The notes: a model not told the origin generated them from the sequence alone. 64,000 bases of DNA from Parcubacteria group bacterium (GCA_016180525.1 JACPBB010000001.1:75320-139319); one strand, 5' to 3'; positions 30,635-39,907 are shown, counted from the first letter of the stretch. A program made the numbers and translations.

Positions 30635-31324
30635 TCAAAGCGTAAGCGCCAAATGTTCAAAAATAAGTTTGATTGACGGTGAGTTAATCATGAGATCAGC
30701 TCGGGCACGCGCCATTTTTTTTAATTGAGCAATAGTTTGAATAGTGGCATTTCCAGCATTAAAATGCTCGGCAATATTTTTTTCAAGAGCGTTTAAAAAC
30801 AGAGTCGCCTGTTCTTTATTTTTCTCTTCAACTAAATCAGAAATAATTTTAAGACGCTTTTCGGGAGAAGATGTTAAAAACTGCTTTGCCTTAGTTACAG
30901 TATCAGTGGTATTTTTAGAAACATTGGTTTGTTTTACAATAACCACACGAGAGAGAAGCGTCGGAAATAACCTGGCTGTGGTCGGCGTGATAATAAAAAA
31001 ATGGGTTCCCTCTGTCGGCTCTTCAAATATTTTCAAAAGCGTGTTTTGGGCTTCTTCCGTAATCGTAAAAAACGAAATAATAAAAATTTTCTTTCCGCCA
31101 TCAATGCCTTTCCGCGCCTGCATTTCTTTAAGGGGCCTCGCGTCATCAATGCCAAATGTTTCAAAATCACGATGCCAAAAATCAGGATTTCCCCGCACAG
31201 AAACCTCGTGTTCTGTTTCTAAAAAAGAAAAAAGTTCCGGAATTATTTTTTCCTTACTCCCTTCAAGTATATATGCGTGATGCAAATTTTTAGAATATAG
31301 AGTATTGAGAGTAGAATGTAGCAT
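30635..31324 (-). CDS. holB: DNA polymerase III delta' subunit-like (clamp-loader AAA+ fold, no P-loop)
   Basis: HAYIL..., EEPT..T.FII, TLLSRV (SRC-like) motifs, 229 aa. Confidence 0.55.
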   Translation of the reverse strand: MLHSTLNTLYSKNLHHAYILEGSKEKIIPELFSFLETEHEVSVRGNPDFWHRDFETFGIDDARPLKEMQARKGIDGGKKIFIISFFTITEEAQNTLLKIFEEPTEGTHFFIITPTTARLFPTLLSRVVIVKQTNVSKNTTDTVTKAKQFLTSSPEKRLKIISDLVEEKNKEQATLFLNALEKNIAEHFNAGNATIQTIAQLKKMARARADLMINSPSIKLIFEHLALTL

Positions 31325-31368
31325 ATTCTTTTCGTATATTTCGAATCTTATTTCGTAGTTTCGAGTTA

Positions 31369-32382
31369 TTATCGTTTCGCAATAATGCTCTTTTTGTATA
31401 CATCTAAATGCTCAAGCGCGATGCCGGTGCCCTTCGCGACGCAGTAGAGGGCATCATCCGCAAGAATGGCTTTCACGCCTGTTCTGCGAAATACGAGTTC
31501 CGGAAAATTACGCAACTGCGATGTTCCTCCGGTCATGATAATTCCCTGGTCAATAATGTCCGCAGAGAGTTCCGGAGGAGTTTCTTGTAACACATCTTTT
31601 ATCGCTTTTACCATTTCACGCAGCTCAGGACTAATCGCTTTTACGATTTCATTTGTTCCAATTTCAGCGGTGCGCGGAAGCCCCGCAATAAAATCACGGC
31701 CCTTTATGGTAATTTTCAACTCTTCTTCAACGGGCACTGCTGAGCCAATTTTTATTTTCACGTCTTCCGCGGTTTTGTCGCCAATCGCCAGATTAAATGT
31801 TTTTTTGATATAGTCGGCTATCGCGGTATCAATTCTGTTCCCCGCACATTTTACCGACTTTGAGGCAACAATGCCGCCAAGAGAAATAACGGCAACATCC
31901 GTCGTGCCTCCGCCAATATCAACAATCATATGCCCATGCGCCGCGTGAATGGGAACCCCCGCGCCGATTGCCGCGAGTATCGGCTCTTTGACCACATATG
32001 CGTTTTTCGCACCCGCTTTGATTGCGGCCTCAATAACCGCTCTTCGTTCGGTAGATGAAACGCCGGCCGGCACTGAAATAAGCACATCGGGTTTAAAAAT
32101 ATTCCATTTACCGAGCGCTTTGTTTATGTAATACCGAAGCATCGCTTCCGTTACCCGATAATCGGCAATGACTCCATCTTTCATCGGGCGATATGCGATA
32201 ATCGTGTCGGGGGTTTTCCCAATCATGTCTTTTGCCTCAAGTCCCACAGCCAAAATTCTGTTGTCCTCAAGCGAAACCGCGACAACAGAGGGCTCGTTTA
32301 ACACAACGGCTTTTCCCGGCACGTAGACAAGTGTGTTTGCGGTACCGAGATCAATTCCTAATTTTTTTGAAAAAAAAGACAT
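31369..32382 (-). CDS. Second MreB/Mbl-family actin homologue
   Basis: GIDLGTANT...DIGGGTTD...; 337 aa. Confidence 0.85.
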   Translation of the reverse strand: MSFFSKKLGIDLGTANTLVYVPGKAVVLNEPSVVAVSLEDNRILAVGLEAKDMIGKTPDTIIAYRPMKDGVIADYRVTEAMLRYYINKALGKWNIFKPDVLISVPAGVSSTERRAVIEAAIKAGAKNAYVVKEPILAAIGAGVPIHAAHGHMIVDIGGGTTDVAVISLGGIVASKSVKCAGNRIDTAIADYIKKTFNLAIGDKTAEDVKIKIGSAVPVEEELKITIKGRDFIAGLPRTAEIGTNEIVKAISPELREMVKAIKDVLQETPPELSADIIDQGIIMTGGTSQLRNFPELVFRRTGVKAILADDALYCVAKGTGIALEHLDVYKKSIIAKR

Positions 32383-32411
32383 ACCAAATTTTAACGAATG
32401 TTAATGAGTAT

Positions 32412-32485
32412 AAAATTTGCGCACCCTGTTAAATGCGCCTCCGGCGCCCTTCGCCCTCAGGCGAAGGATTTAACAGGGTAAAGGT
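32412..32485. repeat. Intergenic palindromic element ACCCTGTTAAAT-[GC-rich insert]-ATTTAACAGGGT with TTTGCGCACCC flank, upstream of the second mreB
   Basis: seen directly. Confidence 0.55.
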
Positions 32486-32528
32486 TTGGCAACCATAGTT
32501 TTTGCTCCAATATTCATCGGAACAAAAA

Positions 32529-33824
32529 CTATGGGCCAATTCTCTTTATATCCACCCCTACTCCTCGCAATCGCTCTTCTATCTTCTCATACCCCCTATC
32601 AATATTGTATACATTATGTATAACTGAGTCCCCTTTGGCAACAATTGCAGCAATTACAAACGCAAGACCCGCGCGCAGGTCAGGACTTTCCATTTCCCGC
32701 CCTTTGAGCGCCTTGGGACCTCTGACAATAACCCGATGCGGGTCGAGCGCTTTAATATCGGCACCCATGCGCACCAATTCTTCCACGTATGAAAGCCTGC
32801 CCTCAAAAATAGTTTCAAACACGAGCGACTGTCCGCTTGTTTGCGTTAAAAATACCGTCATTGGCGCTTGTAAGTCAGTGGGAAAGCCCGGATACTCACG
32901 AGTCTCAATATCTACTGATGTAAGAGACGAGGGGTGGGCATTTTTGGAAAGCATAATAGAATTTTTCCCAACGTCTACCGCAACACCAACTTGTCGCAGT
33001 ATTTCTGTAAGCGCCTCAACATGCTTGGGATTACAGTTTTTAATTTCAAAATTAACTCCTGCAAGGGCGCCTAAAATTAAAAAACTTCCTGTTTCAATCC
33101 GATCTGAAGGAGTATGAAACACGTCTCTTACGCCAGAGAGCAACCCACCTCCCTCAATATAAATATTTGCATCACCTGCGCCTCGTATTCGTGCCCCGCA
33201 CGAATTAAGAAAGTCCGCAAGAATTCCAATTTCCGGCTCTCGTGCGGCATTTTTTATAATTGTTTCTCCTTTTGCAAGCGTTGCCGCCATTATTAAAGTT
33301 TCTGTTGCGGTAACACTTGGTTTTTTAAAAAAAATAGAGGTGCCCGAAAGTCTCCCGTCGGGGACAAAGAGCGTGTAACGGTCACTCTCACGAGTAACGC
33401 GAGCGCCCATGGCCTCAAACCCTGAAAGAAAAAGATCAATCGGCCGTTCGCCAATAACACAGCCCCCCGGATGCGGAAACGATACTTTTCCAAAGCGTGA
33501 AAGTATGGGACCCGTGAGCACAATTGACGCGCGCATTTTCTGCGCCAAATCAACGGGCAAATCAGTGGCAAGTGTTCCCGGTACGGAAAGAGCATACTCC
33601 CCCTCTTTCTTGTTTGAAACAACAACACCGAGAGCAGAGAGAATATCATTCATCCGTTTTACGTCTTCAATGTCCGGAACATTATTAAGAGTAATACCAT
33701 CTTCAAATAAAATAGATGACGCAAGCGCCTTTAATGCGGCGTTTTTTGCTCCCTTTACGGCAATACTTCCAGAGAGCGCTTGTGCTCCGCCGAGACCTTT
33801 AATGAGAAAACGTTCTCTAGCCAT
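32529..33824 (-). CDS. murA: UDP-N-acetylglucosamine 1-carboxyvinyltransferase
   Basis: 431 aa; K/R-rich N-terminus, active-site Cys region (HPGGCVIG), EPSP-synthase-like fold motifs. Confidence 0.9.
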   Translation of the reverse strand: MARERFLIKGLGGAQALSGSIAVKGAKNAALKALASSILFEDGITLNNVPDIEDVKRMNDILSALGVVVSNKKEGEYALSVPGTLATDLPVDLAQKMRASIVLTGPILSRFGKVSFPHPGGCVIGERPIDLFLSGFEAMGARVTRESDRYTLFVPDGRLSGTSIFFKKPSVTATETLIMAATLAKGETIIKNAAREPEIGILADFLNSCGARIRGAGDANIYIEGGGLLSGVRDVFHTPSDRIETGSFLILGALAGVNFEIKNCNPKHVEALTEILRQVGVAVDVGKNSIMLSKNAHPSSLTSVDIETREYPGFPTDLQAPMTVFLTQTSGQSLVFETIFEGRLSYVEELVRMGADIKALDPHRVIVRGPKALKGREMESPDLRAGLAFVIAAIVAKGDSVIHNVYNIDRGYEKIEERLRGVGVDIKRIGP

Positions 33825-33867
33825 ATATTATAGTATAGTATGTTTTTTAATCTCTTTCACAACAAAA

Positions 33868-33895
33868 CCCCGCTATGAAGCGGGGTTTAAAACAG
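33868..33895. terminator. Intrinsic terminator CCCCGCT-atgaa-GCGGGG between the membrane protein gene and murA
   Basis: seen directly. Confidence 0.6.
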
Positions 33896-34496
33896 GAGCT
33901 GGCGAAGGTGCTAATTTTTCTTTCATGGATGCAGCCCATTTTTGTAAGCGTGATTTCTCACTACCCGGTGGAAGCGGATCACAGGTCAAGAAATAAAAAA
34001 ACAATAAGCATAAAACCCAGAGAAAAATGAGAGAAAGCCATAATACATTATCTGGAAACCTATCCAAGAATATCCTCGGGACATAGAATAAAGAAATTCC
34101 AATTCCGTAAAACAGGTAGAACATTCTAAACAAAAAATCAGGTTGATTAATCTTTGCAGAATTTGAAGTGCCCTCCCTCAGCGCTGCATATGTTTCTTTC
34201 TTATCTCTATGCACCCGAAAAAGAAAAAAGGGAGTTGTAACTACCGCAAGCCCAGAAGCAAACAACCAATTGTATTCATTTTTAAAAAGATATTCAGTAA
34301 TAGCGGCAGAAATAGTAAGTACCAACATACCAATAATTGAAATTTTTGCCCACCAGAAACAATCCTGCTCGTGTGAAACTGTTTTCTGCCACCAGTGTGA
34401 AAACTTCTCAAATATATTCTCAATGAGCCACGCGTCCATTTGCGTAAACATGAACCACCGTGGATTAATTTCTAAATAAAACAATAAATAAAGCAA
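33873..34496 (-). CDS. Hypothetical integral membrane protein
   Basis: several hydrophobic helices; own terminator. Confidence 0.45.
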   Translation of the reverse strand: MLYLLFYLEINPRWFMFTQMDAWLIENIFEKFSHWWQKTVSHEQDCFWWAKISIIGMLVLTISAAITEYLFKNEYNWLFASGLAVVTTPFFLFRVHRDKKETYAALREGTSNSAKINQPDFLFRMFYLFYGIGISLFYVPRIFLDRFPDNVLWLSLIFLWVLCLLFFYFLTCDPLPPGSEKSRLQKWAASMKEKLAPSPAPVLNPAS

Positions 34497-34515
34497 GAGA
34501 GGAAGTCAACGGTAA

Positions 34516-36483
34516 TTGAAGTCAGGCGCTTTTTTTGAGAAAATATACTTAATGTATATTGTTCACGTCATTCCCCTCTCGCGCAGCATGCAAAAAGAAA
34601 CACTTTCCTACTTTACCGCGCAACCCGTCTCTGCCGGAGACATGGTGCTCATCCCCCTTCGCAAAAAAGAAATTCCCGCAATTGTCACGGATATTCAAGA
34701 TGCCACATCTTTAAAAACAAACATTAAACAATCCTCGTACGGATTGCGAAAAATATCAAAGATACTATTCCCACATTTTTTTCTTCCGGCATTCATATCT
34801 GCGGCAGAAAAATCAGCCCGTTACTTTGCATGCAGCAGCGGAGCAGTTATTGACTCTCTCGTCCCAAAAGCTATTTTAGATTCAATTATAAAAACTGCCG
34901 CTCATATTGAAACAAAAGTACAGGCATCGGTGCAAAATACACCAAACACATTTTTTGAAACACTGGTTTTACAAGCATCATTTAAAGATCGAATTGTGGC
35001 TTACAAAGGAATCATTCGTGAAGAATTTGCTAAAGGTAAGTCAGTACTCCTGCTTATCCCTACCGCGGACGATATCCCTTATATCCTTTCAATATTAGAA
35101 CGAGGCATAGAAGAACACACCTATGTCATCCATGGAGGACTTTCAAAACAAAAGATCATTTCGCTCTGGCACAAAGCACTTGGCGACACTCACCCCATAC
35201 TTATTATAGGAACCGGAATGTCTGTAAGTATCCCCAGAGAAGATCTGCGCACTATTATTGTTGAACGAGAGGGATCTTGGCTATATAAGCAGGAACACAG
35301 GCCATTTATTGACGTAAGAATATATGCGGAATATTTTGCCGAAGCGCTTCACGGTAAATGCGTTCTCGGCGGCACCGTGCTTTCGCTTGAAACATTATAT
35401 CGGAGAGAACAGAGGGGGGTATCCGATTTTGCGCCCCCCCAGTTTAGACTCCTCTCGTCGGCAGAACAATCCACTGTTGATATGCGGGGCACTCATTCCC
35501 CGCTTCAGCTTACTCCGAAAACATTTACCGTAATCAGTGATGAGTTGAAAGATGCCATAGAAGACGTGCGAAAACACAACCAGCACATACTTTTGTATGT
35601 CACACGAAGAGGATTGTTCCCGATTACGCTATGCAGTGATTGCGGAGCAACTGTTCTGTGCAAGCAGTGTGAAGCACCGCTCGTGCTTCATAAAGACACC
35701 GGCGAGAAGCGGGCGGGAGAGAGGGTGTACCTCTGCCATAAATGTAAAGAAGAAAACGTGGTCACCGATCGCTGCAAAAGATGCAACAGCTGGAGACTCG
35801 CCCCGCTTGGTGTTGGCACTGAACGGGTGGAAGAAGAAGCTCGGTGCCTATTTAGGACCATAAAGGTCCTTCGCGTGGATAAAGACAAGACTCCGACTCG
35901 GAAAAAGGCCGAGAAGATGATTTCTGAATTTTTAAATTCTCCCGGAAGTATCCTCGTGGGGACCGAGCTCGCGCTTACCCTGCTCAAGAAAAAAATAGCA
36001 GTGACGGCGGCTGTTTCCATTGACCCCCTTTTTGCGCTTCCCTCATTTCGGACCTATGAGCGAGCATTTAATATTCTGCTGTCACTGCGAGAAAAAGCGA
36101 ATAAAAAATTTATTATACAGACGCGTATCCCCGACCTGCATCTTTTCAAGTATGTACAGAACGGAAATATTACGGATTTTTATAGAGAAGAAAAAAAAAC
36201 ACGAGAGCAATTCGGCTATCCTCCATTTACCACTATTATTAAATTAACAATGAGCGGCACAAAGCAGTACGTTGAAAAAGAAACAGCTTCAATCAAAAAA
36301 CATCTGCACGGATACGATTTGTTTATATTCCCTGCCTTTATTTCAAAAATACGCGGGAAATATGTGGTGCATGTAGTCCTTAAAATGAAACGTGAAGAGT
36401 GGCCAAATGAAAAACTCCGCGAACGTCTTTTGGCGCTCCCTCCCTCGGTTGTGGTTAATGTTAATCCAGAACACCTGTTGTAA
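34516..36483 (+). CDS. priA: Primosomal protein N' (PriA)-like with degenerate Walker A and DEAH motifs but intact Cys-rich zinc-binding region
   Basis: N-terminal 3'-binding-domain-like region, CSDCG...CKQC...CHKC...CKRC zinc module, C-terminal PriA-type region (LVGTELA..., SFRTYERAFNILLSL); expected GxGKT absent. Confidence 0.65.
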   Translation: MKSGAFFEKIYLMYIVHVIPLSRSMQKETLSYFTAQPVSAGDMVLIPLRKKEIPAIVTDIQDATSLKTNIKQSSYGLRKISKILFPHFFLPAFISAAEKSARYFACSSGAVIDSLVPKAILDSIIKTAAHIETKVQASVQNTPNTFFETLVLQASFKDRIVAYKGIIREEFAKGKSVLLLIPTADDIPYILSILERGIEEHTYVIHGGLSKQKIISLWHKALGDTHPILIIGTGMSVSIPREDLRTIIVEREGSWLYKQEHRPFIDVRIYAEYFAEALHGKCVLGGTVLSLETLYRREQRGVSDFAPPQFRLLSSAEQSTVDMRGTHSPLQLTPKTFTVISDELKDAIEDVRKHNQHILLYVTRRGLFPITLCSDCGATVLCKQCEAPLVLHKDTGEKRAGERVYLCHKCKEENVVTDRCKRCNSWRLAPLGVGTERVEEEARCLFRTIKVLRVDKDKTPTRKKAEKMISEFLNSPGSILVGTELALTLLKKKIAVTAAVSIDPLFALPSFRTYERAFNILLSLREKANKKFIIQTRIPDLHLFKYVQNGNITDFYREEKKTREQFGYPPFTTIIKLTMSGTKQYVEKETASIKKHLHGYDLFIFPAFISKIRGKYVVHVVLKMKREEWPNEKLRERLLALPPSVVVNVNPEHLL

Positions 36484-36520
36484 TTTCAGATTTAAGATTT
36501 ATAATTTATGATTTAAGAAT

Positions 36521-37063
36521 ATGGTGAAAATACTTCAAAAAGATGAAGGGGGGCTACGAGAAATTTCTAAGCCCGTGCCCATCGGCAATATTGATACTCC
36601 GCGCATCCAAAAAATAATCGCGGATATGAAAAAGGCAATGCATGGTGAGGATGATGCAGTGGCAATTGCCGCTCCACAAATCGGAGTGTTACTTCGTATA
36701 TTTATAGTATCTGGAAAAGTGTTTCTTTCAAAAGAAGAGATTGCAAAAAAAGAGGAGATAAAAAACCTGCCACCGGACTTGGTTTTTATAAATCCTGAAC
36801 TTTTAAGGTGCTCAAAAAAAGAAAAGTGGACTGAAGAAGGATGTTTGTCGGTGCGATGGCTCTATGGAGAAGTGAGGCGAAGTGAAAAAGCAACTGTTCG
36901 CGCGTATGATGAGAGTGGAAAATTATTTACCAGAGGAGCAAGCGGTATCCTCGCGCAAGTTTTTCAGCACGAGATAGAACACTTAGACGGAAAATTATTT
37001 ACTGACAAGGCGCGTAACATCCAAAACATTCCTCCAGAAAAAAACTTGACAAAAAGAAGGTAA
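36521..37063 (+). CDS. def: Peptide deformylase
   Basis: GIAAPQIG-like (AIAAPQIG), EGCLS, QHEIEHLDG motifs. Confidence 0.9.
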   Translation: MVKILQKDEGGLREISKPVPIGNIDTPRIQKIIADMKKAMHGEDDAVAIAAPQIGVLLRIFIVSGKVFLSKEEIAKKEEIKNLPPDLVFINPELLRCSKKEKWTEEGCLSVRWLYGEVRRSEKATVRAYDESGKLFTRGASGILAQVFQHEIEHLDGKLFTDKARNIQNIPPEKNLTKRR

Positions 37064-37084
37064 TTTGATAATATATCATTTGAG

Positions 37085-37850
37085 CCTAGCCAACTCCGGG
37101 TTAGAAGTGTTCAAGCACGTTCTAACCAGGCTGGATGCCTCGCGTGGGGTCCAAAAAGGGCTCAGGACACGCGAGGCCGCGGCGGGGACCCGGACGCAGA
37201 CGCAAACCTTGTTGACGCAACTGAGGACGCTGAGCGCCCGGGACCCCGCTCCAGCCCTGTTCTTTAACGAATATCAAAGAATGAACCCCGGTGTTGCCTC
37301 GGAGTAAACCGAGCAACTACGCCGGGAGAAGTATTTCCCCCGCGGGAATACTTCCCGCCGAGATGCCTTTTTGTCTCGGTCTTTACTCCCCGCCCCGATG
37401 ACGAAAACGTCGGGGCTTTTCATTTTATATGCATTTAGTATACTAACAATGGCCGGCGTGGGAGATAGTGTTCTTCATGTCCCCCAACATCAACCACCAT
37501 ACACAACAAATGAATAGCACGTGGTGTGCGATGTTGCGCCTCGACTTGATCGAGCGGAGATCCATAGACACCCTTCCGGATACGCCCTTGCCCAACTTCG
37601 GCCGCATGGTTTACCCAGCGGCCTTTTTGTTTTTGAAAAAGTAGTGATACAATAATATATGCAAGCGCAGAGTATGTGAATCTTTCGCGCCTCCCGCACG
37701 CCCCGCCGCTCCCTTCCGTGCCTATGGCACCCGATGCAGGGACAACCTGATGGAGAGAAAAGCCTCCCTAAGGAATGTGCAGGAGCTCATTGGGATTCCT
37801 TCTCTGCGCTCGCACCACCGGAAAAGCTATTCGCTTTCCGGTTTTTTAAC
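37085..37850 (+). ncRNA. GC-rich highly structured non-coding locus with four intrinsic-terminator-like hairpins (T-runs at ~37368, ~37417, ~37624, ~37842); candidate structured RNA gene(s), family unassigned
   Basis: sharp GC increase versus flanks, many perfect 8-10 bp stems (e.g. GCCTCGCGTG/CACGCGAGGC), no convincing ORF. Confidence 0.3.
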
Positions 37851-38248
37851 ACTTCCGCGAAGTTGACTTTTTCCCAATACGAAGATATCTTACCTATAGA
37901 TAATAAAAAAATCATAGTGGGGAATCCGCGCATGAAAATACGTGCATCAAGTCTCCACACGCATGAAGGATTTATACTTGAATCTGAAGACCTAAGAGAA
38001 GCAGAAAAGTTAAAAATATTAGCGAGTTTTTTCAGAAACTACAGAGCAAGCACAGATGCCGGTCCGGATAACAAAAGTTCAGGAATACGAAAAATACTGA
38101 CAGAGGAAGATGGATCAAAAAATAGCAAACCCTCGCTTCATATCATTAAAGTAACTACTCCTAAAAAAACAAAAAACCCCCATCCTTTGGACACCAGATA
38201 GTACAACATACTGGTGTTTTTTATTGTTAAATATACTATTCTTAGTTT

Positions 38249-39121
38249 ATGAATCAAAAAACTAAATCCTTAACCCTAAACGCTAAACGCTTTAATTTCG
38301 TTTTCTTCGGCACCGATGATTTTTCGGTTATTGTTTTGGAAGAATTAAAAAAGGCAGGACTTATTCCCGCCCTCTTAGTCACTGCTCCAGACCGCAAAAA
38401 AGGCCGTGGTATGATTCTCACTCCCCCACCCGCAAAACTCTGGGCACAAGAAAACAACATTCCCCTCCTCCAACCAGAAAAATTAGACAAGGCCCTAGGC
38501 TCTAGGCTTCAGGCTCTAGGGGCAGATTTGTTTATCGTCGCGAGTTACGGAAACATTTTGCCGAAGGAGGTTTTAAAAATTCCAAAACATGGCACGCTCA
38601 ATGTGCACCCATCGCTTTTGCCACTCTTTCGCGGCCCCTCCCCTCTACAGCACCAAATACTTGAGAATGCAGAAGACGTGGGAGTCACCATTATGCTTAT
38701 AGATGAAAAAATTGACCACGGGCCAATCGTCGCGCAGGAAGTGTTGGGATTTAAGATTTCAGATTTAAGATTTAAGGATTTGCGGGATGAACTTGCGCAT
38801 CTAGGCGGGAAATTGCTTGCCAGCACCATTCCCGATTGGGTAGCAGGAAACATTGACCCGCAAGAGCAAGACCACGCCGCCGCTACATACACAAAAATGA
38901 TTACAAAAGAATCGGGGCTTATTGATATGCTACAGGAAAGCCCTGAGATGCTCTACAGAAAATGGAGGGCGTTTACCCCATGGCCCGGAGTGTACTTTTT
39001 CAAAAACAATAGGCGCATAAAAATCACCGACGCGGAATTAAAAAATGGATCATTTGTGATAAAAAAAGTAATTCCGGAGGGAAAAAGAGAAATTGATTAT
39101 TCAGCATATGGACAAAATTAA
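38249..39121 (+). CDS. fmt: Methionyl-tRNA formyltransferase, carrying in-frame heptamer-repeat insertions
   Basis: formyltransferase N-domain (SYGNILPKEVL...HPSLLP..RG) and C-terminal domain; def-fmt operon. Confidence 0.9.
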   Translation: MNQKTKSLTLNAKRFNFVFFGTDDFSVIVLEELKKAGLIPALLVTAPDRKKGRGMILTPPPAKLWAQENNIPLLQPEKLDKALGSRLQALGADLFIVASYGNILPKEVLKIPKHGTLNVHPSLLPLFRGPSPLQHQILENAEDVGVTIMLIDEKIDHGPIVAQEVLGFKISDLRFKDLRDELAHLGGKLLASTIPDWVAGNIDPQEQDHAAATYTKMITKESGLIDMLQESPEMLYRKWRAFTPWPGVYFFKNNRRIKITDAELKNGSFVIKKVIPEGKREIDYSAYGQN

Positions 39122-39123
39122 AA

Positions 39124-39160
39124 CCCGTCGCGTAAGCGACGGGCGTTTTAAATATTTTGG
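39124..39160. terminator. Bidirectional intrinsic terminator CCCGTCGC-gtaa-GCGACGGG
   Basis: seen directly between convergent fmt and the 39163 gene. Confidence 0.65.
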
Positions 39161-39162
39161 TA

Positions 39163-39837
39163 TTAGCCGTCAATGCCAATACTTTTGAGGTCGCGGAAAA
39201 ACTCCGGCTTGAGGTCAAAATATCGCTCTTCTTTTGGCGGCTTTGTGTCCACTGGGCGAATATCTTCCCAGTCGCGCGACTCGCACGGAAATGGAACTTC
39301 AACATCATAAAACATGATCGCCTCAACCGTTGCTCCCATTGCGCGTGTCAGGTAACTTCGATGAATACCGTCAAGAAGTTTTGGTTTTCTGCCGTTTTTA
39401 CGAACCTCAATAATCGTCGGTACATAATGTGCAAGCGCAATGTCGCCTTCTGTAGTCTTTCCAACCACGATCATTGGAGGATAGTTCTTAAAACCACCAG
39501 GCACCGCAAATCCTGAAAAGACTGAAGGAAACTCTTCAAGAAGTTTTTGATATTTTGAACGTTCTACAAATGTTTGTCCAATACGTACCTGGCGCGGATC
39601 AATTTGTACCCGCTTCATCCAACAATTTTGGGTGTATACCTTACAAGAACTATCGCCCACGATGGATACGTTAAAAAGAATTTTCTTCAAATATTCAATC
39701 GGCATAATATGCACCTGAAGGACCGATGCAATGTTTCGTAAAGACACGATTTCTTTAATATTGGGCGTAAACAAAAAATCATTCTTCACAATACCGGTTC
39801 TGTCTTGAAATATTTCAAGCGGAATCGGATCAAACAT
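39163..39837 (-). CDS. Hypothetical protein with ParB/sulfiredoxin-like nuclease motif (LLDGIHRSYLTRAMG)
   Basis: DGxHR-type motif; likely start MFDPIPLE (ORF extends to 39906). Confidence 0.4.
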   Translation of the reverse strand: MFDPIPLEIFQDRTGIVKNDFLFTPNIKEIVSLRNIASVLQVHIMPIEYLKKILFNVSIVGDSSCKVYTQNCWMKRVQIDPRQVRIGQTFVERSKYQKLLEEFPSVFSGFAVPGGFKNYPPMIVVGKTTEGDIALAHYVPTIIEVRKNGRKPKLLDGIHRSYLTRAMGATVEAIMFYDVEVPFPCESRDWEDIRPVDTKPPKEERYFDLKPEFFRDLKSIGIDG

Positions 39838-39907
39838 CGTGTTTCTCCTATACAAAAAACTCTCTATTCTAATAGAGAGTGTAGAAAAATGAACCGCCCG
39901 TGTCACT

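Noticed and set aside
33409-33996. 195-aa + strand ORF
   Set aside because: Antisense to murA and to the start of the 33873 membrane-protein gene.
37065-37316. Short ORFs (80 aa +, 64 aa -) inside the GC-rich structured locus
   Set aside because: Ala/Arg/Gly-rich translations typical of GC-rich non-coding DNA. The region is dominated by stable hairpins and terminators, so it is treated as RNA rather than protein-coding.
37085-37640. Attempted assignment as tmRNA, RNase P RNA, SRP RNA or 6S RNA
   Set aside because: I could not find a 5' GGGG…GGAUUCGAC acceptor or D element, a T-arm plus ACCA 3' end, or a tag ORF ending in Ala-Ala-stop (the GAUGACGAAAACG stretch is part of a terminator stem). 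I also found no P4 GGAAAGUCCGG / ACAGAAACCCGGCUUA pair and no GGUGAAA / GUAAGAGCGCACC. I therefore left the family unassigned rather than forcing a call.
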